From Candidatus Sumerlaeia bacterium (lineage in GTDB: Bacteria > Sumerlaeota > Sumerlaeia > SLMS01 > JANRJK01), in contig JANRJK010000013.1 of NCBI GenBank assembly GCA_033764015.1, positions 448,001-512,000 of the forward strand: a DNA stretch of 64,000 nt, given 5' to 3'. Every line of letters starts with the position of its first letter. Position 1 is the stretch's first letter. The notes below the pieces were generated by a model. It saw only the letters and a list, made by a program, of their open reading frames with translations, was not told the origin of the DNA and did not search any database. The position numbers and the translations under genes were made by a program. Below, piece by piece: positions 49,873 through 60,700 of the stretch.

Positions 49873-50108
49873 GGCACGACTCCTCGTCGGTGATGGGACC
49901 TTACGGCGGCGGACGGGACGGGCGGGCCTTCGCGCCCTCCGCATCCAATCCACCACAACAACGACACGAATGACACGGACGGCGGGGAAAATCAAGTAGA
50001 ACCCGCCGCGGAATCCGCGCCACGGACGGCCTCCGATTCCCGTTTCCCCGCCCCGCGCGCCCTCGACACCATCACCCATCCAGATTCACCGGAAAGGAAC
50101 CCGCTCCC

Positions 50109-51440
50109 ATGTCCGTGAAGGGCAACCTGATCGTCGGCCAGTCCGGAGGACCGACCGTCGTCATCAACCAATCGCTCGTGGGCGTCGTCGAAGAAGCCCT
50201 CAAGCACCCCTGCATCCAAGGCGTCTACGGCATGCGCCACGGCCTCGAAGGCGCAATGAAGGAGGACTTCGTCGACCTCCGCCGCGAGTCGCGCCAGACC
50301 CTCGAAGACGTCGCCGCCACCCCGAGCGCCGCCCTCGGCTCCTGCCGCTTCAAGCCCAAGGAGGACGACTGCCGCGCCATCTTCAAGATCTTCGAGAAGC
50401 ACAACATCCGCTACTTCTTCTACATCGGCGGCAACGACTCCGCCCTCTCCGCCGGCATCATCAACAAGATCGCCCAGCAGGAAGGCTACGACCTCCGGGT
50501 CTTCCACTGCCCCAAGACCATCGACAACGACCTGCTCGTCACGGACCACTGCCCCGGTTACGGTTCCGCCGCCAAGTACGTCGCTCAGGCGTTCATGGGC
50601 AACGACATGGACAACCGCGCGATCCCCGGGGTGAAGATCGATGTCTGCATGGGGCGCAACGCCGGCTGGCTCACCGCCGCCGCCGCCCTCGCGAAAGTGC
50701 GCCCGGACGACGGCCCCCACCTCATCTACCTGCCCGAGCGCGGCTATACCCTCGCCGGATTCCTCGACGACGTCGCCAAGGTCTACGCCGCCAACAAGCG
50801 CGCTATGGTCGCCGTCTCCGAAGGCATCGCCGACAACGACGGCACGCCGTTTATCGAATCCGACAAGATCCGCGCAGAGCTGAAGGAACTGGGGATGGAG
50901 TCCATCCTCGCCAGCTTCGACGCGGCCGGGAAGGTCGAGGAAGCCTCGGGCGGCGCCAAGAAGGACGCCTTCGGCCACACGCAGCTCTCCGGCACTGGCA
51001 CGCTCGCCGACTTCCTCGCTTCCGCCGTCAAGATCCACATGTTCCGCACCATCGGGAAGAAGATCCGCTGCCGCGCCGACACCCTCGGCTATGCCCAGCG
51101 CTCCTTCGCCGGCGTCGCGAGCGTTGTGGACCAACTCGAAGCCCGCGATTCCGGCCGCGCCGCGGTCCGCACCGCCGTCGAGGGACGCCAGAGCGGCTCC
51201 ATCGTCTTCAAGCGCCTCCCGAGCGCCTACGGCAAGTACCTCTGCGACTGCGACTGCGCGCCGCTCGAGGACGTCTCCGGCGTGAACTTCCCCAAGGGCG
51301 TGAAGCAGTACCGCCCGATGGACGACAAGTTCATCGCGGCCTGGGGCAACGACGTGACGCAGGAGTTCATCGACTGGGCGCGCCCCCTTCTGGGCGACTT
51401 GGCGGTGAAGGGCTCGCTGGACGGCTACAAGGTAGGGTAA
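50109..51440 (+). CDS. 6-phosphofructokinase, probably PPi-dependent
   Basis: GQSGGPT, IGGNDS (Asp at the phosphoryl-donor specificity site), PKTIDNDL, MGRNAGWL, GYAQRS. Confidence 0.92.
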   Translation: MSVKGNLIVGQSGGPTVVINQSLVGVVEEALKHPCIQGVYGMRHGLEGAMKEDFVDLRRESRQTLEDVAATPSAALGSCRFKPKEDDCRAIFKIFEKHNIRYFFYIGGNDSALSAGIINKIAQQEGYDLRVFHCPKTIDNDLLVTDHCPGYGSAAKYVAQAFMGNDMDNRAIPGVKIDVCMGRNAGWLTAAAALAKVRPDDGPHLIYLPERGYTLAGFLDDVAKVYAANKRAMVAVSEGIADNDGTPFIESDKIRAELKELGMESILASFDAAGKVEEASGGAKKDAFGHTQLSGTGTLADFLASAVKIHMFRTIGKKIRCRADTLGYAQRSFAGVASVVDQLEARDSGRAAVRTAVEGRQSGSIVFKRLPSAYGKYLCDCDCAPLEDVSGVNFPKGVKQYRPMDDKFIAAWGNDVTQEFIDWARPLLGDLAVKGSLDGYKVG

Positions 51441-51456
51441 GTCCGAGTGGGGTTAT

Positions 51457-51487
51457 CCGTAGGGGCTGGCCCTGCCGGCCCCTACGG
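51457..51487. repeat. GTAG-flanked hairpin (REP-like element or terminator)
   Basis: CCGTAGGGGCTGGC-CCT-GCCGGCCCCTACGG just after the pfk stop codon. Confidence 0.5.
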
Positions 51488-51773
51488 GTATACCCGAGTT
51501 GCCGCCTCCCCGTAGCGCGAAGTTCCTCGAATTCGCCCCTCGTCCTGTCCGATTTTCCGGGGGTGCAAGCCCGGATAAACGGGTTGACGCCTGAGCCGAT
51601 TTGGCGCATCTAACGGGCGAAAGCGCACAGGGCCAGAATGCTCCCAGCGATGTATCGTGGTTTCCCCCGAGTTCTTTGGCGCGCCTGCTTGCATGCAGGA
51701 GCGCCATTCCGTTTTCAAGACCTCAACAGCGCCGTTCCCACGCACCCTAGCCCCCCCCGTTCGGAGACCTGCC

Positions 51774-54700
51774 GTGATTAGTTCGAAGCTCCACGATACC
51801 CTCCACGCCACGCGTCGCCTTGCCGCGCTTGGAGCCGCCGCGCTTCTGGCGATGCTCCCAGTTGGAGCCCTCGCGCAGTCGTTTAACCTCGAGGGCAACT
51901 ACATCTTCCTCCCGGTGGACAACACCGGGGCGGACGGCAACGCCAACTACGGGCGCTTCGTCCGCGAGGACATCATGAGCGGCGGCCGCTACAACCCCGC
52001 CGGCGGCGCGACCTGGGGCACGGTGAACGACTTCTGGTACCCGGCCGCCCCCACCGCCAACTACTCGATCTCCATCGCCGGCGCGATCCCGAGCGTTCGC
52101 GCCAACGGCGTTGGCTGGTCGAGCGGCCTTCCGACCGTCACAAACCTCAGCTCGGGCTCGTTCAACACCGTGCGCATCTCGGGGTATCCATACTTCAACG
52201 GGGCGAGCCTTCCCGCTTCCACCATCCAAGTCTATTACGAGCGCACCGCGACCTTCCACGACGACTGGGAGTACATCCAGATCGACCACGTCCTGCGGAA
52301 CGAGGGCACCGTCGCGTCCCCCGTGATCAAGACCGTCGACAGCGTGGACGGCGACCAAGGCTTCGAGCAAACCGGCTGGACGCGCCTCGGCACCTATAAC
52401 GACGTCTTCCCGAACTCATCGCCGACGCACGCACGCTCGTGGATCGAGACGCCGACCTACCCGCGAGGTCTCTCCATGGCGATCGTGTCCTTCGCTCCGG
52501 GACGCGTTCTCTCGATCGAGTCCGCAACCGGCGTGACGAATCCGGATGACGTGCTCCTCAGCCCGGCGGACCCGGAGGGCATCGAGGCGAACCTCTCGAT
52601 GAACTGCGCGTTCAACCACGGCACGCTCGATCCGGGCGAAGAGATCACTTGGACGGTTTACTACGTCTTCAACGACAGCGAATTCGCGGTCCGCAATTTC
52701 ATCGGGCCGACCGCCTACGCAAAGGACGTCACGGTCTCCATCGGCCCGGGCGGCACCGTCAACGTGCCCGCCAGCTCGGTGAACGACAACAGCACGGTGT
52801 TCGACATCCCCGGTGTCTTCACGCTCAGCGAGAGCGATTTCGACTGCTCCGAACTCGGCGCGAACCCCGTCACGCTGACGGTCACCGACGCGGGAGGGCG
52901 CACCTCGACCGCAACCGCGACGATCACGGTGCTCGACACCACAGCGCCCACGGCGGTCTGCCAGAACGTGACGCTGGCGCTCGGACCCGGCGGCATCACG
53001 ACGATTTCCCCTGCAGCGATCAACAACGGCTCGAGCGATAACTGCGGCACGGCCTTCAGTGTCAGCCCCACGTCGGTCTCCGGCCTCGGCGCGTTCCCGG
53101 GCGTGGTCCTAACCGTGACCGACCCGTCCGGTAACACATCGACCTGCTCCGCGACGGTCACCGTGACGGACCAGACCCCGCCGACGGTCACCGGCCAGAA
53201 CATCACGGTTAACCTCTTGGGACCGACGGGCACCTTCACGATCACCCCCGCTTCCGTGATCGCAACGGAGAGCGACAACGTTGGCATCACGACGCGCACC
53301 GTGTCGCAGACGGACTTCGACTGCACCGACCTCGGCCCGAACGTCGTCACCATCACCGTCGGCGACGCGGCCGGCAACACGGCGACCGCGACCGCGACGG
53401 TGACGGTCCGCGACAACACGCCGCCCACGGCCGTTTGCGCGCCGCTGACCGTCAACATCGACGCGACCGGCAATGCCTCCATCACGGGCGCCTCCATCGA
53501 CGGCGGCAGCACCGACACCTTCTGCGGGATCACGAGCCGCACCGCGAGCCCGAACGCCTTCACCGGCGCGAGCCTGGCTCTTAGCCCCATCAGCGTGACG
53601 CTCACCGTCACGGACGCGGGCGGCAACACGGCGACCTGCACCACCAACGTCACCGTCAACGACATCATTGCGCCGACGGCCATCGCACAGAACATCACGG
53701 TGGACCTGAATGCCGCCGGCTCCGTGACGATCACGCCCGCGCAGATCAACAACGGCTCGACGGACAACTCGACGCTGACCGGAGGCCCCGCGCCGACGCT
53801 CGGGCTCGACGTCACCAGCTTCGATTGCGCGGACATCGCCACGAACCCGAATCCGGTGGTGCTGACCGTCACCGACTCGCGTGGCAACACCGCCACCGCC
53901 GCCGCCACCGTCACGGTGCGCGACGTCACGGCGCCGAACGCGATTTGCCAGAACATCACGCTGAGCCTGAACGCCAGCGGCATCGCGGCGTTCAGCACGC
54001 CGTCATCCCTGAACAACGGCAGCACGGACGCCTGCGGCCCGCTCACCCATGCGGCTTCGCGCGCGACCAGCCCAGCGGACCTGGCGACTATCAACTGGGC
54101 CACTGACAGCTCACAGAACGGCGCGTCCTCCGGCACGCTGGCCGGCGTCGCGGCAACACTCGCCGGCTTCGACGGCGCAGGCGCGGGTGGAACGGCGGCG
54201 ACGGACGCCAGCCTCGCCACGCGCGCGTTTATCAACGGCGTCACGGGCGTCGGCGGGGCATCGTTCTCGACTCGCTACGCGATCCTCGACGTGACGGCCA
54301 CCGCCGGGCAGGCGAACCACACGATCTCATTCGCCTCTCCGATCCACAATCCGGTGATCAGCCTCTGGCGCTACTCGCAGACGAATATGGTCGTCGACCT
54401 CCCGGACGGCCTTTCCGTCTCGGTCGCCGATTCCAACGGCGGCGTCACGACGCTCTCAGGTAACCGCTTCCAACTCACCGGTGGCGCGAACAGCGACGGC
54501 AACGGCATCTCGATTCAGATCACCGGCTCGGTGACCGCCATCCCCTTCAACGTGCTTTCGACGAGCGGTAACCAGACGATCCGCACGACGGTCGGTACCA
54601 CCTTCCGCAATGCGCCTTTCGACTACCTTGGCTCCCAGCTCGGCGCGAATACCGCTGTGCTTCAGGTCAGCGACGGCGCCGGCAACGTTGGCACCTGCAA

Positions 54701-57700
54701 CGCCACGGTGACGGTTAACGACCTGATCCCGCCGACGTTCACCTCGCAGGACATCACGGTCTCCATCGGCCCCGGCGGCACAGTGACCGTGACGCCGACG
54801 ACGAACGGCCTCACTTCGGCCCTCAACGACAACTCGACGCTGACCGGCGCCCCGGCCCCGACGATCACGATCAACGGCGGCCCATCGGTCACCTATAACT
54901 GCTCGCAGATCGGCCCGCAGGTGGTCACGCTGCTCGCCACAGACTCGAGCGGCAACACCACCACCTCGACACAGACAGTCACGGTCGAGGACAACGGCGA
55001 CCCGACGGCGGTCTGCCAGGATGTCACGGTGTTCCTCAGCAGCCCGACCCTCACGCCGCTCGCGGTGGACGGCGGCAGCTTCGACGCCTGCGGTTCGATC
55101 GCCACGCGGACGCTGTCGCAGACCAGCTTCGACTGCTCGGACGTCGGCTTCGTGAACGTCACGCTCACCGTGTTCGATAGCTCCGGCAACACGGATACCT
55201 GCACGGCGACCGTTGAAGTCATCGACGACATCGCGCCCACGGCGGTCTGCCAGCCGATCACCATCACGCTGGCCAGCCCCGGCACCGCGACGATCTCCGC
55301 TGCCGACATTGACAATGGCAGCAGCGACAACTGTGGCGCGTCGCCCTCCCTCTCCATCGATATCGACACGTTCGACTGCACGATGCTCGGTTCGAACAAC
55401 GTCGAGCTCACCGTGACGGATGCCTCGGGCAACGTGTCGACGTGCAACACGACGGTCACGGTGCAGGACGGCGGCTTCTGCAACCCGCCGACGGTCGTCA
55501 CCCAGAATGTGACGGTCATCCTCAACGGCTCGGGCAACGGTTCGACGACGCCCGCCGCGGTCGACAACGGCAGCTCGGATCCGGAAGGCGGACCTGTCAC
55601 GCTCTCGCTCGACATCACGAACTTCGACTGCTCCGACACGGCCGCGGCGGTGACGGTGACGCTGACGGTTGAGGACGCCTCCGGGCTGACCTCGACCGGC
55701 ACCGCGCTCGTCACGGTGCTCGACACTGCGAATCCGGTGCTTGTCGGCTGTCCGAGCAACACAACGCTCACCAACGACTTCAACGCCTGCGGCGCGACCG
55801 TCAGCTTCCCCACCCCGACTGCCACGGACAATTGCTCGGCGGTGGTCAGCCTCACCGGCGGCCTGCCTTCGGGCTCGCTCTTCCCGGTTGGCACGACGAC
55901 CGTCACCTTCACCGCCACCGACCCGAGCGGGAACACGGACACCTGCTCGTTCGATGTGACGATCGACGATGCGCAGCAGCCCACCATCACGGGCTGCCCG
56001 GCGCCGATCAGCGTGAACAACGACGCCGGCCTCTGCTCCGCCATCGTTACCTTCCCGACCCCGGGCGTCACCGATAACTGCCCCGGCGCGACGATCAGCC
56101 AAACCGCGGGCCTCGCCTCCGGTGCGGCCTTCCCCGCCGGCACCAACACGGTGGTGTTCACCGCGGAGGACGCCGCCGGCAACACGTCCACTTGCTCGTT
56201 CGACGTGACGGTGAACGACACGGAGGGCCCGACGGCGGTGTGCATGCCCGCGACGGTCACGCTGGACGCGACCGGCAACGCGACGCTCGACCCCGCTGAC
56301 CTCGATGGCGGCAGCCTCGACAACTGCACCGGTTCGCTCACTTATGGCGCCACGCAGACCGCCTTCACCGGCGCCAGCCTCTCGCTCAGCCCCATCACCG
56401 TGACGCTCACCGTCACCGATCCGGGCGCGAACTCCTCCACCTGCACGACGACAGTCACCGTCAACGACGCGATCCCGCCGACAATCTCGGCTTCGGACAC
56501 GACGGTGTTCCTCGACGGCTCCGGAAACGTCACAATCGTGACGGGCGACTTCTCGCCGGTGGTCGGCGACAACTCGACGCTGACCGGCGGACCCGCCGCG
56601 ACGGTGTCGATCACCTCGACGCCGACCGCCTTCGATTGCGCGGATGCGGGCGGCACCTTCCCGGTGACGCTGCAGGCGACCGACTCCTCCGGCAACACGG
56701 CGACCACCTCGGTCAACGTGACGATCCTTGAAACGACCCCGCCCACCGCGGTCTGCAACAACGTGACCGTGACGCTCGATCTGCTCCTCGGGACGGGCAG
56801 CACCACGGCAGCGATCCTCGGCGCGGGCAGCACTGACAACTGCGCGATCTCGACCATCACGGCGACCCAGACCTCCTTCACGGTCGCCGACCTGCCGCTG
56901 AGCCCGGTCGCCGTCACAGTGACGGTGACCGACACCTCCGGCAATTCCTCCACATGCACCGCCAACGTGACGGTCCAGGCGCAGCCCTCGGCCCCGCCGA
57001 CGGCGATCTGCGTGGGCGGCCCGTTGACGATCAACCTCGATGCGACCGGCAGCTTCACGCTCGATCCCGCGGCCTTCGACGGCGGCAGCTTCGACGATCA
57101 GGGCATCGCGTCCCTCTCCGTCTCACCCGCTGTCGTCACCTGCGCCGACGTCGGACCGCCGGAAGTCGTCACGCTCACCGTCACCGACACCTCCGGCCAG
57201 ACGGCCACCTGCACGTCCTCCGTGCTCGTGTTCGACATCGTGCCGCCAGTCGCGGTCTGCGTCCCGTCGCTTACGGTTTCGATCAACGCGCTCGGCTTCG
57301 AGTTCCTGGACGGCTCGCTTCTCGACGCTGGCAGCACCGACGCCTGCGGCGTGGGCCTGCTCGAGCCGGTGCCGAGCTTCTTCCTCGGCCCCGACGCCGG
57401 TAGCGTGATCCCGGTCCAGCTCCGCGTGGTGGACATCTACGAGAACGAGAGCTTCTGCACCACGAACGTCACGGTGCAGGACATCATCCCCCCGGTTGTC
57501 GACGCGCAGGACATCACGTCCTTCCTCGACGCGGCGGGTTCCGTGACGATCACGGCCGCGGACATCAACGTGTTCCCGCCGACGTTCCCGACGGCTCCGT
57601 TCACGCCGCCGGCGACGGGCACCTACGACAACCTCTGGATCACTGGCGGCGCATACCCGACGCTGCTGATCAACGGCCAGCCCTCGATTACGTTCGATTG

Positions 57701-60700
57701 CGGCGAGTTGAACACCGACCAGGTTGTGACACTCACGGCGACCGACGTGTTCGGCAATTCGGCGACGGCGACGGCGACGGTTTCGGTCCGCGACATCATC
57801 CCCCCCACGATCTCGTGCCCGACGAACATCAACGTGAACACCGACCTCGACCAGCCGACAGCGGTCGTCGCGTTCGCGGACGCGACCGGCAACGACAACT
57901 GCCCGCCCCCGACGATCACCCGCACCGGTGGTTCGGCCAGCGGCTCCGCGTTCCCGATCGGCGTTTCGACGATCACCTACACCGCCGAGGACGCATCCGG
58001 CAACACGACCACCTGCTCGTTCACCATCACGGTGACCGACAACCAGGCGCCCGACGTGCTCACGCAGGACATCACGGTGCAGCTCGACGGCACCGGCAAC
58101 GTCGTCATCACTCCGTCTCAAGTGGACAACGGCTCGAGCGACAACTCCGGCCTGCCGGTCACGCTGTCGCTCGGCCCCGGCCAGACCGACTTCAACTGCT
58201 CGGAGGTCGGCCCGAACGTCGTCACGCTGACGGTTACGGACGCCTTCGGCAACGCAGCCACGGGCACCGCAACGGTCACGGTTCAAGACACCATCGCCCC
58301 GAACGCGGTCTGCCAGAACATCACGGTGCAACTCGACGCGAGCGGCTCCGCGACGATCACCCCGGCGGACATCGAGAACGGCTCGACCGACAACTGCGGC
58401 GTGGACTTCCCGCTCTCGACGCTGGACGTCTCTTCGTTCGACTGCTCTGACGTCGGCCCGAACCCGGTCGTCATGACGGTCTACGACGTGAACGGCAACA
58501 GCGACACCTGCACCGCGACGGTCACCATCGAGGACATCATCGTTCCGACGGCGATCTGCCAGCCGGTTACAGTGTTCCTCGATGCCACCGGCAACGCCTC
58601 GACCACCGCCGCCGCCGTGGACAACGGCAGCACGGACAACTGCTCGCTCTTGTCGCTCGCGCTGGACGACACCGACTTCACCGGCGCCGACCTCGGCCCG
58701 AACCCGGTGGTGCTGACGGCCACGGACGTGAACGGCAACAGCGCAACCTGCGCGACGACGGTAACGGTGGACGACCTGATCCCGCCGACGATGGCGACAC
58801 AGGACATCACGGTCTTCCTGGATGCCTCGGGCAACGTGACGATCACGCCGTCCGATGTGGACGCGGGAACGACGGACAACTCGACGCTGACGGGCGGACC
58901 GGCCCCGGTCCTCTCGCTCGGCCCGGGCGAGACGGACTTCGACTGCGCCGACATCGCGACCAACCCGAACGTTGTCACCCTTACGGCGACGGACGCCGAG
59001 GGCAACTCGGCCACCGCCACCGCCACGGTCACTGTGATCGACGCGGTGCCGCCGACGGCGCTCTGCCAAGACCGCACTGTGTTCCTCGATGCCACCGGCA
59101 ACGCATCGGTGACGCCGGCGGAAATCGACAACGGTTCCTCGGACGCCTGCGGCGTGGACAACCTCGCGCTCGACGTCACCGCCTTCACGGGCGCCGACCT
59201 CGGCCCGAACCCGGTCCTCCTCACGATCGAAGACGTTAACGGAAACACCTCCACCTGCGCCGCGACGGTCACCGTCCTCGACGTGATCGACCCTGTCGTC
59301 CTCACCCAGGACATCACTGTGTTCCTCGATTCGAACGGCGACGTCTCCATCGTCCCGGCCGATGTAGATGGCGGCACGACGGACAACTCGACGCTGACCG
59401 GCGGCTCGGCCCCGGTGCTGACGCTCGACGAGCAGGACTTCGACTGCTCCGAAGTCGGCCCCAACGTGGTCACCCTCACCGCAACAGACAGCTCGGGCAA
59501 CTCGGCCTCCGCCACCGCCACGGTCACCGTGGTCGACGCGGTCCCGCCGGTCGCCCTTTGCCAGAATGTGACCGTGTACCTCGGTCCGAGCGGCACCGGA
59601 ACAACAACGGCCGCCGCGGTGGACAACGGCAGCAACGACGCCTGCGGCATCGACACGCTCGTGCTCAGCCAGACGCTGTTCACCGGTGCGGACCTCGGCG
59701 TGAACCCCGAGACCCTCACGGTGACTGACGTGAACGGCAACTCGAGCACCTGCTCCGCCAACGTGACGGTCCTCGACATCATCCCGCCGGACGCGGTCTG
59801 CCAGAACATCACGGTGGACCTCACCGCGGGCGGCAGCGCCACGATCACCGCCGCGCAGGTTGACGGCGGCAGCACGGACAACGTCGCGATCCAGTCGCTC
59901 GCGGTCAGCCCGAACGCGTTCTCCTGCGCCAACGTCGGCCCGAACACGGTGGTCCTGACGGTGACGGACACGTCCGGCAACACGGACACCTGCACGGCGA
60001 CCGTGCTGATCCGCGACGTGACGCCGCCGGTGGCGATCTGCCGCGACGTGACGGTGAACCTGAACGGCTCGGGAACCGGGACGACGACGCCTGCCGCCGT
60101 GAACAACGGCAGCAACGACGCCTGCGGGATCCAGTCGCTCGCGCTCGACGTCACCAGCTTCGACTGCGCGGACCTGTTCGTGCCGAACCCGGTGGTGCTG
60201 ACCGTCACCGATAACAACGGCAACACGGCGACCTGCGGGGCGAACGTCACGGTGCTCGACGCGATCCCGCCGACGTTCACGAACTGCCCGCCGTACCAGC
60301 TCACCAGCCTGATTCCGCCGGGCGGCGTCCTTGTGGCGAACACCGCCGGTGGCTTCGACTTCAACATCCTGGGCCTGCCGCCGGCGACCGACTTCGGCTT
60401 CGACAACTGCCTCGACGGCCTCACCGTCGACGTCTCGCCGACGTTCGTCCCGCTTGGCTGCACGACGATCACCTTCACGCTCACCGACAGTTCAGGCAAC
60501 ACCTCGACCTGCGATACGCCGGTCTTCGTGGGCGAGGACTACGGCGGCTGCCTCTCGATCGATTCGCTCTTCCAGCAGGACCTGACGATCATCGAAGGCT
60601 CCACCGCGGGCACCGGCGGCCAGACGCAGCTCGCCAGCCGCCGCATCGTGATCGGCGACACGGTCCAGAACCGCCAGCAGCGCGGCGTCCTCGGCTACCA

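Noticed and set aside
51676..51694. Sigma54-like site TTGGCGCGCCTGCTTGCA upstream of the giant gene
   Set aside because: The GG-to-GC spacing is 11 nt, not the strictly required 10.
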